A stretch of DNA of 64,000 nucleotides from Phoronis australis (Eukaryota > Animalia > Phoronida). This document shows, piece after piece, positions 48,901 to 61,063 of the stretch. Both the position numbers and the translations under genes were made by a program. Below the pieces are notes generated by a model that saw only the letters and a program-made list of their open reading frames with translations, made no database searches and had not been told where the DNA came from. Location: NCBI GenBank assembly GCA_002633005.1, contig NMRA01000093.1:376567-440566 (forward strand), written 5' to 3'. Positions within the stretch are counted from its first letter, which is position 1, and every line of letters starts with the position of its first letter.

Positions 48901-49719
48901 CGTCGCAATTTTTTCAAACCGATACAATACGTGTTCGTGCGTGCGTACGTGAGTGGGTGCGTGCGTGCGTGAGTGTGTAAAGGGGGCCAGTGGATTACTT
49001 TCATTGAATTCATTATCTTAAAAACTAGGCCTTGATACCGAATCCAAGCTATATACAGAAATGCTACACACTAATCAAACCAACATTGCTTTTTGGTATG
49101 ATGTCTTGTATTTTGGACCACCTGGTTAGCCGGTTGTATCCACCGAGATCCAGTACGGCTTAGGGGAGAGTAACCGGTTGTGTATCGATTACCCACATCG
49201 TATCAAACCCGGTTCCCGCTAAATGGTACGTTTTTGCGTGCCAGTCTCGTGACCGGCTGTTACCAAGTTACCAGTGAATCAAATCTTCAATGGATAAATG
49301 GCGGCAGCACTCCTGCCGTTTACGGCATAAAGTATGAAGTTGCCATCTGAAAAATCGACATTAATATCTGTCACAAGTTGTAGTATTACCGATGTAACAT
49401 TTTCTGTCACAAGATGACCGTCGACTATAACAAGAGTACAATGTTTGCATTATCTTTGAAAAAGTTTGCAGGAAATGTATTTGAAAGTGATCTGCGATGT
49501 TCATCAAACTTATTATATAGTGCGTGTCATGTGAATGACACCTCTGTGTTGCGCTGCACATGTTATTGAGCACATACACACACATCGGCGATCGATATTT
49601 AACATGAGGGGTTTTTTTTATGAATAATCAAAATAATGCATATAATATTTGTAAATGTAAATAAAACAAGCAAACAGGCCTGGGTTCCATAAACCTTAAA
49701 ACGTATCCGAAGTCACATT

Positions 49720-52021
49720 GAAAACGTTTTTGTAAAGTGAGTATATGTTGTAGGCATGTAACAGTGCCATCCAGTAGGTTGCTCATTAACCTATAAAAAG
49801 CTGGGCAAGACTCTACCAGATGTTTAGGGGATTCTACGTCAGTACCACACTCCGGACACACTGGGCTCCCCATATGCCCAGTAATGTGTCTGTGTCGAGC
49901 TAGGTTACAGTGGCCCGTCAAAATTTGAATGACGTGTCTTATGCCCAATCTATCTGGATTCAGAAGGTTTTTCGAACTTTTTGGTTTGATCACGTCGGGA
50001 AAATTCTCCTTGGTCTCTCTGCAGGAGTTTTAAAGTGATGCCCACTGGGCTGCTGACTGGGTATGCACCCAGTTGCGTATACTCATCCTGCAGCATCCGT
50101 AAGATACCGGTATAGCAGGTTCAGGCACAAAATGTAGAACGCTTGCTCCTATCTTTGCGAGTCTGTCTGCATTCTCATTGTCATCAATTCCCACATGGGC
50201 CCTGACCCAGTGTATATTTACGGTTCTTTCAATTGCAAGCTTGTTTTAAAAGCTCATTAATACAAGCATTAACACAACGAGAGTTGACCCTTGGTTTCTT
50301 TAGGGCTTTTATTGCTGCCTGGCTATCTGAGAAGATGGTAATTGGCTGATTGCCCAGCTCGGTGTTATATTGTCGTGCCAGTTGAGTGGCTCTATTAATT
50401 GGAGTGATCTCAGCTTGGAACACCGTGGCAAGATTGGCTAGCGATACCCAGTTTTCAACATCTGCAACAGGAAGGCTTGGAAAATAGACTCCAGCACCTG
50501 TCTGGCCATTTTCTAGTTTAGAGCCTTCCGTATAACAAAGCACCTCATTCTTGTGTTCTGCGGTAGGCCATCCGTCACCAATTTCCGTGAAGAAATTGTT
50601 TTTATGATTTAAAGCTATAACCTGGACATCATTGGGCATGTTCCATAGTTGCCCAGTCTTGGCTATTAGCTTGTTGCAAACATTCCTGTGGCTTCTGTGT
50701 GCAACGGTGTCGTTTCGTTAGTTTTCACCAACTGACCATTATATCTGAGACGAAGTGCAGCACATGCAGCTTCACCCTCAAGGTATATGTACAATGGTGG
50801 TAGACCGATTAGCATTTCTAGGGCTGCAGAAGATGTTCCTGGAAAAGCAGAGGTAATGCACAAACAAGCTAGACGTTGCAGCTGCCTAAGTTTGTTGATA
50901 ATCTGTTTTAACGCTGTTATCCATACTGACGCAGCATATGACATTAAAAGTCGGATAACAGTAGTATAAGTCCAAAACATATTCTTGGGCGTCATCCCCC
51001 AAGTTTTACCCACCGCACGACTGCATCTCACCAATGCAGTTTTGGCTTTTGTAATATGCGGGGTCCAGGAAAGACGATGGTGTAAAATGACACCTAGATA
51101 AGTCGCCTTGTCTACAAGATCAAGATGTTTACCACAGCGTTAAAGGCCGCATTAACCATTTAAGCTTCCAGGTGAACATAATCACCTTTGTTTTGCTACC
51201 ACTAATTTCTCAGCCAACTGACTTAACCCATGTGGTTGTTGTATTCAGTGCTCTTTGAGCAAGATAGCGACATGTGTCAGGATCGATGCTAGACACACTA
51301 AGAACAACATCGTTTGCATAGGCTTGAACATACAAGCTTGGACCCATGTCAGTAGATAATTGTCGAAGCAGACCATCCACCATGTTAAAGAGGATGGGTG
51401 AGGCAGCGCCACCCTGAGGTGTTCCCTGGTGATGGGAACCGCCACACTTACATCGTCTAGACAAGCAGTCACAGATTGACTTCCGCGCATGATCCACCTG
51501 GTAAGACACCTATTCACTTTAAAGTGGTTTAGTGCAACTCGGATCGCGTCATACTTAATATTGCTGAAAGCACCAACAAGATTAGTGAAGGCGCAGAGGG
51601 CAAATTGTTTATTAAAAACAGCCCTTTCCAGTCTAGCAACCAGATGATGTAGAGCAGTCTCCGTAGAGAAGCCAGGCCTACAAGCATACTGGTTGTTCTG
51701 AAGTTTGTTCTGTATGTCTTGTTTATCAAGATGCCACAGAATGAGCCATCCCAGTCCTTTGAGAAGGAAGGATGTTAAGTTTATAGGCCTAAATGATTCA
51801 GCCAAAAGGTATGAGTTCTTCCCTGGTTTAGGAATGAAGACTGCCCTAGCTTCAATCCAAGTCTTGGGGACATAACCTAGTCTAAGACTGGCTTTGTAGG
51901 TCGTTGTGAGTATTTGGAATAGTGGTATCCCAGCCTCTTGTAGCATTATAGGACATATCATGTCTAGTCCTGGGATCTTCCATGGTTTAGACTTTACAGC
52001 CAACTCCACGAGATGTGGTGT
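49720..52021 (-). mobile_element. Decayed R1/LOA-like LINE, 3' part (RT + RNase H + C-terminal Zn knuckle)
   Basis: RT motifs KPWKIPGLD, W..ARAVFIPKPGK..Y..AESFRPINLTSFLLK, GTPQGGAASPILFN and QAYANDVV. RNase H motifs YTEGSK..GAGVY, TVFQAEI, IFSDSQAAIKAL and WVRAHVG..NE.AD.LA. C-terminal LTGHC...CPEC...E...HL...CPA. Confidence 0.92.
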
Positions 52022-53299
52022 CAGGGGCGGATCCAGGATTTTGAGTTGGGGGGACAGGGCAGACATTAGCACCTCCCAGCTGCCAAATGGAATGTGGGAG
52101 AATTTTAGGGGGAATCATTGCCCCCTTGTCCCCTCCCCCCTAAATCCGCGACTGCTTACGTAAACTTTATGAAACTGGACCAGTTAATGGGCTTTTTTGC
52201 ACACTTGCCGGAGTCAGAAAAATGAGTTGTTGTGTCACGTGACCATTACAAGGAGGTGCTTATAAAGTTAGGTAGCCTCGCGTAGCAAGGCGTCACTGAG
52301 TGTTTGAAACGTAGAATTATCACGGGGGAAAATGCCAGCGTAAAAGAAAAGACAAGGCGACATTTAGAACTGGCTCGGAGAGAAGTAAGCGATAAAATCT
52401 CTGTACTCGGATAAGATGTGTGTTCAAATTTCAAAGTAGCTGAGAAACTTTTTTAGAGTTGTCTAAGCTGCGCTACATCCGAAAACCGGCGAGACAGCTA
52501 ACAAGCGTTCTCTCAAGCAATGGCATTTCTAAAAATAACTTACGGCCTTAGTTTAATGTTTGAGTATCACCTACAATCCTTTGTAAATTCTATAGATAAC
52601 AAAAAGCAATATTTTAACGCACACAAATCGTCTCCCGAGTTCAAAATAACGCCACTGTCAGAACTGAATAAGTCAGTGTAGGCCTATCACTTCAGTAACC
52701 TTCAAGATTTATGCCGGGGTTATTTACTTGAGTAAAATGCCCGTGCTGAAGTTTCTTAGCATTGTTTCTCGATCGCTTTCCGCTGTTAACAGTACTATCG
52801 AAGTACACACAACTAGTAAAATTAAATCACACAGTTAGTAATATATACTTGCGGTTCATGGCAATAGGTCCGTCCCGGACACTCGAATCTAGCTGTATTT
52901 ACCCACAATGCCGTAAAAATTCGTCAGGCACATTTGCTCTTTCGTTTTCGAGCCACTGAAGTTTCACATGTTATTTGTTGTTGTCTGATTCTGAACAGGT
53001 TTTTCTCGGTTGCACTACTCTATTCGTTCTTCCTATGCTAACGAAGTATTAAGTGTTGTGCTGAGGGCTGCAACACCGGCGTGAAAGTTTTATAAACTGG
53101 ACAAATACCCGTGGATGCGTGATCTAAAATTCTTTGCCTTCCCGACATTAATGAGAGACACGAGAATATGCTTGATTTCCATAATAACGGCGAATAAAAG
53201 TCCTATATAATGCATTCAAACATCTCCTGTTGAGTGACAATATCTGACGAGTGCAGTTTTCAAATGCATATTCTATGCTACTGTTACTGAGTGCCGAAG

Positions 53300-53732
53300 C
53301 GTGTCAGTTTGCGTTCGTCCAGGAAAAGTGATGAAAAAATGCATGGAAAACTATGCCTCGACATTGTTGTTCTCAATGCAGAGTAAAGAATCGTTATCAG
53401 ATAAATACATGCAAGGTTGGTTACATTTAATTCAACCGACATCACAACAGTCGCGTTTCAGATTACACTCTTTCCAAGAATCGTCATGAAAAAATGCTTG
53501 AAAACTGTGCCTTGGAGTTGTTGTTCTCAATGCAGGCTAAAGGATCGTTATCCGATAAATACTTATGAATACAGACGTTCTATTGTACTACACAAGGTTG
53601 ATTGCATTCAATTCAACTGACATAATAGTTGCATTTCTGTTTGCGTTCTTTCCAAGGATCGTCATGTAAAAAGCTTGAAATGCTATTCCCAGAAATTGTT
53701 GTTCACAATGCTGGGTAAAGAATTGTTATCTG
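53300..53732. repeat. Degenerate tandem repeat, ~155-180-bp unit, about 2.5 copies
   Basis: TCGTCATGAAAAAATGCTTGAAAACT...TTGTTGTTCTCAATGCAG..TAAAG.ATCGTTATC recurs at ~53325, 53481 and 53659. Confidence 0.75.
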
Positions 53733-54294
53733 TTTTCTGTGTTTTTGCTACTTTCACCCCGTTATCCTCAGAAATTTCAGGCAATATTTCCAATTTCTAT
53801 TTATTATTATTACTGAGACCATGGATGAGTTAATCCATTACACAAACTATTTCACTGTCCAGCAGCTTCTATAATTTTTACAATACCACAAAAATGAGAT
53901 TTCATGTTAAAATTTGACACTGATATTGAGCGAAAACTGATGTGCGCGACTTTTAAATTATTTATCAGAGAAGGAATTGTTTAAACTACATCTTAATAAT
54001 ATAACATAAGAAAGTAAACTGCAACGCATAGTATGATCCAAATCCGTGACATAGAGTGTATCACCCATTTATGGCTTTTTGTCTGGTCTGAAGTGAACTG
54101 CACTCTTAAGATAGGAAACTGGTTGGTTTTCTCATCGGAATGTGTGAATTAATAAGCTTATGAAAAACTAACGTTCATTGCACTGTAGTCATGATATGAA
54201 TAAAAGAATGAAAAGAAAAAACAAGAAAGTGCGGTTTTAATATGGGTTTGCCGTCTGTATTCGTCTTTTTATTCATTTTATTCATAAAAGGTAC

Positions 54295-55890
54295 CAGGGC
54301 TTGGAATGACCCATGACAAAAAAGAGGACATTTTTACGGCCCTAAATACACATATCAATCTAAACCATACCTCAACAGATTGAAAGTTACTATGTCGTGT
54401 CGGCAAAACGCACTCATCTTAAGCAGTTCTGACATCTATTTCAGCAACAACAATGAAGGCAATTAGATGCAACAAAAACCATTTTTTAAAATCAAAATTA
54501 AAATAGCGATAATGATGAAAAATTTGCAGTCTGAGTGGCAGGAGCTTATTCTGGATTTGCTGCACTGAAGGAGACCTATAAAATTATTTTCAATTCTTAT
54601 GATTACGATACAAAATTACAAAAAAAAAATGAAAATTGATCCATAGATTATCTAGAAAGCCTGAAATACGTACACATTTAATTCCAACAAAAATTTTAAT
54701 TCCAATGCAAATGGAAAAAAGTCAAGACGAAAACCTGTGGCTCATACCGAAACTGTTAGCATGGAAAAATGAAAGTCAAAAACAACATACTTTATAGAAT
54801 GCATCAATCACAATCCTAAGTTGGCCAAACTTTTCAGTTTCAAACAGTAATTACAGGAGTTAATTGTTCATAAGTCACGCTGGTGTAGAAGAAACTATGA
54901 GACATAAGAAATAAAGTTCTATCAGGACACTGAAATAGTCAGGCAGAATTTGTAAACAATGGCTTAGACCAATCAGATCATTCAGAATCTGTCACGTGAT
55001 CACTTCTCTAAAATTGCAAAACTCGAGTCACAAAATAGAACACGAAAAATGTCAAAATAAATTGAAATACATAAAAGGCAATTTAAAACGCATTTGCAGT
55101 AACGAAAATAGCACTTTGTATCCCGTTTCGGCGGCACGTAGAAAATTGCACTCAAAGCGGTCAGGCCTTAGTTCAGTAGGGCTTAGCAGCCAACGGCAAC
55201 GGGCGTGCATGTGGGATCAAACAAAAGAATTTCATACATCACTCACACCCCACGATTCCAATCCAACGAATAATCGGTTACCGTTGAATTTCCTTTCAGG
55301 GAGCGTTGTTATTTCTGGTGTTTCATCGTTTTCAGTCGATCCTCCGAGGCGACTCGCCCACGCACTCCGTAATTGTTCCTCTCTCAAAGTTTACAGACCA
55401 CAAACCTTGACGCATGTTGTTTTGAAGACATTGACCTTTTTTATCCACTTTTTTACGAAATACTCTGTCTACTCCACGCTCCACGCCTTTTTGACAGCAG
55501 AATCGCACTATTTGTCGCCGCGATTTTATACCAAATGCAGACGCCATTGATGAACTACGCTATCCCAGACACAGGCGCTTGAATTTACTGTATCTGTTCC
55601 TCGATTGCCTCTGACGTCACTCACTACTAGGAAAGCATGTTTCTTGTATATGGTTACGAGTCATCGGGAAATTCGAGCGCCTGTGATCCGCAATTACAAT
55701 TTTCGTTCCTCCGAAACATAAAGAGCAGTTTCCGTTTTCGAGCCGTCGGCAACGCCGCGGTGAGACATCAATTTGCCGCGATGATTTTATGGCAAATCCG
55801 ATTTTTTCCGCGGAAGTATAACGAAAATACGCGGAGGGGCTAAACGAAAAAAGCGGAAATCCGCGTTTCCGCGGAAAATTCCAAGCCTTG
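54295..55890 (-). mobile_element. Internally deleted hAT-like DNA transposon nested in the composite block
   Basis: TIRs CAGGGCTTGGAAT / ATTCCAAGCCTTG, with flanks AGGTAC / AGGTGC (6-bp TSD, 1 mismatch). CCGCGGAA subterminal repeats. Minus-strand fragments DSAVKKAW and NYGVRGRVA.EDRLKTMKH (~55310-55510) resemble an N-terminal BED-like finger of hAT transposases. Confidence 0.7.
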
Positions 55891-56286
55891 AGGTGCTTAG
55901 CCGGCACGCATCTGTTTGCAAATTTTATAATGGACACGCGATTTACTCCGTGGATGGGCGAACACAGGTTATCGCTCACCGGTGTTTAGTAGCTTTCGGT
56001 GCGACGATAGACTGAAGACTGGTTCGAGTTAATCACTTTATTAATTTCGGCCGCACGTACTCAAGTCTACTGAAACAAAACGTACTACGTATTGTCTGTT
56101 CTATGTTGCAGCTAGTGCTGCAAAACCTTGACCAGGGGCGGATCCAAGATTGTGAGTTGGGGGGCGGGGCAGAGTATTAGCCAGGAATTTTCCCGTCAGA
56201 CACTTACACCCCAAGTTACTAAATTTGATACGGGAGAATTTTAGGGGAGGCCATGGCCCCCTTGGCCCCCTCTTAATCCGCCACTG

Positions 56287-56870
56287 GGTGTGGCTATGTT
56301 TTCAACATCTCCATAAGCTAATGGTTCACACTTCTCGGAGTCCGTCACTTCAGAACATTGATTCGACAGTTTTACACTATCAGGATAGTGCTTACCCATC
56401 ATGACTTCGAGTGTTTCCTCAGCGGAGCGTGTGTATGAGCCATCCTCTTTTTTAATGACCTCGAGTCTGGAGGAGTGGTTCTTCTTAAGCAATTGTGCCA
56501 GCCTTGCAGATACAGAGAGGCTGTTAGTTTGCTGACAGAAGTTCATCCAGGAATTACTCCTTGCTTTGCGTGTGGCGGACTCAAATATACGATAGGCAAG
56601 ATGATATGCACCCCAGCCCTCGTCAGTGTCAGTCCGAATTGCCGCTCTGTGACATTTACGTGCCTTACCCCGAAGTGCTGCCAGTTCTTTGGTCCACCAA
56701 ATCTGTTGTTTTGGTTTCCCAGTGACCTTAATACAGCGTTTGGGGCAGGAAATATCTAGTGACTTGGTCAGGGCATTGTTCATGTCATCTGCCAATTTGT
56801 TAACATCAGAACGAGTTCTGAGATTTGTTGATTCTAGAGTAGAAAGTGTTATTTGGTTGATATACACTTA
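56287..56870 (-). mobile_element. R1/LOA-like LINE, 5' part (pre-RT region; endonuclease not seen)
   Basis: SCPKR...QIWWTKELAALRGKARK...WGAY...ARSNSWMNFC...DGSYT..EETLEVMM..HYP. Continues into 49720-52021. Confidence 0.88.
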
Positions 56871-58279
56871 TAGTCAAATGAAAGTGTTCGCTACGAGTGG
56901 GGAAGGTATGTTGTCGTCTGGTGCTTGAAGATGCACTTTCTTAAGTTAAAATGTTTCCTGGTAATGAAAGAATCTGGAACTCAATACCTGCACAAGAATT
57001 TCCATAATATTACTCGAATGAGTTTTAGAAACTATATGTATTAGTTGTTTTTTAGTTTTTTTTAGTTTAGACTGCGGATGCCTGTTCATAAGTAGTGACA
57101 TTTTCCCACGTCAATTACTATGGGTTTGGATTCTTAAGCTTGTTATAAAACTTCTTACGGCGACTAATCGTACGAAACGTCCAGGCCTACGAATTTCGGA
57201 TATTCGTGGGGGAGCAGGGGCTTTGTGGCATTTATCTTATGAAAACCTATACGGACGTTTTTAGATTCACAAGAAAACGAAGTAGGCCTACTGTGCGATC
57301 GTGTGATGAGTCGGCAGTTGCTCTTGCGATCTCCGTAAGGATGCGTAGGTACCTTCATACGCCATGCTTAGGGCGATCTTTTGTGCTAGCACGGCACATA
57401 CATTTGCATCCCACAACCCTCTCATACCATTGGTAGGGAATATCTAACGACTGTTGGCACATTCAAGTGGGAGTATTTAACTGGCTGCAGTTTGTTCTAG
57501 ACAATTCTAAGCATCTCTGAGTTTTAGTAAGTCTTTCTTGAAAATCTTGAACAAGACTCTCAACCTGGCTGCGAACTTATAAGAACGGTCTACAGACGGT
57601 GGATTCTCGTTCAGCCGCCTTAAAAAGAAACGTACGGAATGGTACACAATCTGTGGAGAGGACACTTATGACTTAGGCTTAACCAATTCACACACAAGTA
57701 CATGTATTGGAGGCAAACCCTAAGAGTTTTACAAGAACTCAAAATTACAATTATGTTCTTTAAAAAATGTACATTCGCTGCATCCGTAAGAGATATCGGT
57801 TGTGTTACGTTTGAAAACTCTTAGCAATCGCTTATTGATATTTTACAGTAAAGAAACAGTCCACTTATGTAACTGATTTTGTGTTCCTTTGTCATTTGTT
57901 CAGGTTAGTTGATGTTTCGAATGGAATTGATTTGTAAATATAGCGGACCATCCAGTGACGTAGACACCAAATATACTGACGTCATAGTGTAACTTCCCAG
58001 CGTAACCGATGAGTGTGATAACACTTCTGCAGAGGAAGTAACGTTGTGTCAAGACTTCCATGTTTGTACACACTCCTACTTTTGTACAAGGAAAAGTGGA
58101 AATTGGAATAACATCGCAACTATTGTATTTTTTGCTTTCACACAGAGTTAAGGACCAAAACACAAATATTCTACATTTCCTCACAAAATCAGAAAACATT
58201 TATTTCTCAAATCTATGGCTTGATGCATAGTTCTAAAACTATAGGTATTAGAAAGAAAAATTCAATGATTGACTGCATA

Positions 58280-58930
58280 AAGCAAGCTTTGATAAGGTTA
58301 TAGATATGGTTAGCCATTCTGGCACGAGTGCCCAACTGGCAGAAATGGATATTAAGTCAGCCTTCCGACTTTTACCAATTTACCCAGGCGACTTCGACCT
58401 TTTAGGGTACCAACACCAGTGGTACTACTTCATCGACAAATGCCTCCCATTCGGCGCCTCTTTAGCATATTACCTCTTCGAAACATTCTCAACAGCACTA
58501 AACTGGGCCGTAGAGGATCGATCGGGACACAAAACATTGAACCACTACCTTGACGACTTTACATTTGTTGGGCCGCCTGGCACAAACATTTGCAAGACAC
58601 TAATGGCCCCGGCACTTCACAACTCTCTACAGCAAAGTCGGTGTACCAATTGCCACAGACAAAACAGCTGGTCCTTCCCCCGAACTGACATTCTTGGGTC
58701 TGGACGTGATACTGTTCGACAACAACTAAGAATATCGGACAAGAAAGTCATACTCCGCTTCACATTATCAGCCTTAGTCCACAAAAAACGAATAAAACGG
58801 AGTGAGCTGGAATCCTTAACTGGCATGCTGATTTTTTTCTCTAATGCCATTCCAGTCGCGCGAGCTTTCATTCGATGCTTTGTACAGGGCTCGTAAAGCC
58901 CACCACCACATACATGTATCAGTGTCTAAA
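58280..58930 (+). mobile_element. DIRS/Ngaro (tyrosine-recombinase retrotransposon) reverse transcriptase fragment
   Basis: SFD..I.MV...G..A.LA..DIKSAFRLLPIYPGDFDLLG...YFIDKCLPFGAS....FETFSTALNW...HYLDDF.FVG, then frameshifted ...ELESLTG.L.F...AIP..RAFIR. Confidence 0.88.
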
Positions 58931-59099
58931 GGCACGAAGTATGACACGCTGCTATGGTTGTTTAAATGAAATGCACGCCTGCTAACTAGGCTGCACCAAC
59001 AAAGTGTATCGATGAGGTCAGTAGCCTCTCAGTCTTGTGTAATTTTTGAAGTGTATCCACACAACATCACAATATTAGTATTAGAAAAAAAACGTAGTT

Positions 59100-59362
59100 T
59101 CTCACCTATAAGCAAGGCTCAAAAGTCCAATGAAGTCATTTCACAGATTCACAAATACGACTCTCAAAACACGTTTGCGTAATCAATAAGATAATACTCA
59201 CAAAAACTTCTCATTTACCGCAAAACACAACATGGGTTCCGTGAGCTGCGTAAGGCGTGTTTTGTGAGTCCGTGCTCATTGTTAGGCGATCAGAGAGCCA
59301 TGTTTGTGAATCAGTGAGATGGGGTTTACCAGGACCGTCTTGAGGCGTGGTTTATAATAGAG
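59100..59362. repeat. Degenerate inverted repeat (MITE-like)
   Basis: CACAGATTCACAAA..GACTCTC is mirrored by GAGAGCCATGTTTGTGAATCAGTG. CTATAAGC..GGCTCAA is mirrored by TTGAGGCGTGGTTTATA. Confidence 0.45.
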
Positions 59363-60370
59363 GAGCTGTACATGTACACAACAAATCCATGGTACATAAT
59401 GGTTGAGTCCATGTACATGACAGATGGTTGAGTCAATGTTTAATTTAACAAACACTAATTAACTGTAACATATTGTGCGAACCATTACGTAATCATTTGA
59501 TAAAGATCAACGGAAATCACATTTTCCAATGATTAATTTCCTTCCTGCTCGTACGGTCAATGATTTACTTAAATTAAAACTCTGTTAGGCTTAAAAGCAT
59601 AATTGGGTCTAGTCTGTACCCTCGACTCACTTTGATGCCGGGGCTCGCCAGCTCAAACGATCTCCCGCATCAATTTCAACCAATGTCTTGGCTTTTTTTA
59701 AGCTGCACAAAGGCACGTGACCAAGGTATGACACGCCATAATATGCAAAACCATGAGTAGATGCGGATGTTCTTTTTCGAAAATGTGAGCAACTAAAGAA
59801 ATACCGCACCGATCTCGATTGACAAAAACCGGAGACCAGAACCGAATATCCGTTTGACCCATGTAAATTGACAAAGTGTATTCAGTGAGGGCAGTTGATC
59901 GAATACGACCATATAACCAGGCTAAAACATTTTAAACTTTTGTGTTAGTCATTTTTTTAAATATTTGTAAAACTATTTCTGACATTTTGGAAAGTGTTCT
60001 ATTTGTTTAGCATAAAGCTGTTAACTGAAATATTACACAGCTCTACAAATAAATGTTTCACCGAAGGAATCAGATGGGTTCCTTAATTACAGATAGCACA
60101 CACATTTACATGTACGATACCCAATGTGTAACTGAGTATCGGATACTAAGTGGCACAGGTGTTAGCATAGTACCAAATGGGTATTGGCGATTGCCTACCA
60201 AGTGGGTCGAGCAAAACGGCAAATTCAATAACAAGTACCAAATGGGTACAAACTGCTGAATGGGCAAATATCACATAAAGTACCAAGTGGGTACACCAAA
60301 CAGCCAACTGGGCTATAACAACCTGCAAAGCAGGTTCCGGACAAGCTGAGTGAGCAGACCAGCCGGAGTG

Positions 60371-61063
60371 AGATTACCTATTATACTTATTTACCTGTAT
60401 TCATTTTATTGTAATTGTACTAGTCATAATAAATGACCTTATATCGCCTACATCAGTCTCCTTTCATCTCTGGTAACGAGCTTGCGACGCACGTATCATT
60501 TATCTATTATCCGGGACATATGTCGATCATAAATGGTATTTCACTCGTAAATATATTTATGTGAGCATATGGACTCGCCTTACTCCTTTTCCCCCTCATC
60601 TTGGTCTTTTCCATTATTCCCTTGTGCAGGACTACACGACGTTTTTCCAGCCTTCGCATTGGTCTGTTGTTATCACGTGCCTCGAGTTTGGTCAGCTCTT
60701 GGCTCTTATAGGCTGACGATTGTCACGTGTCTTTAGGGGCGTTTTTCTTTGTTATTGTAACCTCTCTTTCAGTTCACCTTGTTCCGGCCACATTGTCGTA
60801 CGTCAAAACTCATTCAATTTTCCCACCCTCTTCCTCCCAGTTTTCGTCATTCTCTCGTACTTCCACGGGGCCGGCGCTTTTTATTGCCCATCTTACCAGA
60901 GATTACCTATTATACTTATTTACCTGTATTCATTTTATTGTAATTGTACTAGTCATAATAAATGACTTTATATCGCCTACATCAGTCTCCTTTCATCTCT
61001 GGTAACGAGCTTGCGACGCACGTATCATTTATCTATTATCCGGGACATATGTCGATCATAAAG
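60371..61063. repeat. Near-identical ~163-bp direct repeat pair (60371-60533, 60899-61063) flanking ~365 bp of unique sequence
   Basis: GAGATTACCTATTATAC...ATGTCGATCATAAA appears twice; I see one mismatch (GACCTT/GACTTT). Confidence 0.9.

Larger units (their letters stand above)
52022..56286. mobile_element. 4265-bp composite insertion flanked by two CAGGGGCGGAT MITE modules, with a single 5-bp TSD GGTGT
   Basis: GGTGT|CAGGGGCGGATCC (52022) ... AATCCGCCACTG|GGTGT (56286). Modules are 52022-52154 and 56133-56286. Removing the block rejoins the LINE ORF as ...DVENIA-TP-HLVELAVK... Confidence 0.8.

Noticed and set aside
54996-55550. 184-aa plus-strand ORF in the composite cargo
   Set aside because: It has a GTG start and no domain, and is antisense to a decayed hAT transposase fragment.
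8632-57984. Eight perfect CRE sites TGACGTCA (~8632, 9836, 13831, 25081, 32288, 34457, 55612, 57977), tempting because mammalian VMAT2 is CRE-driven
   Set aside because: They are scattered, several lie in or beside repeats, and none is at the proximal promoter. Function cannot be supported from sequence alone.
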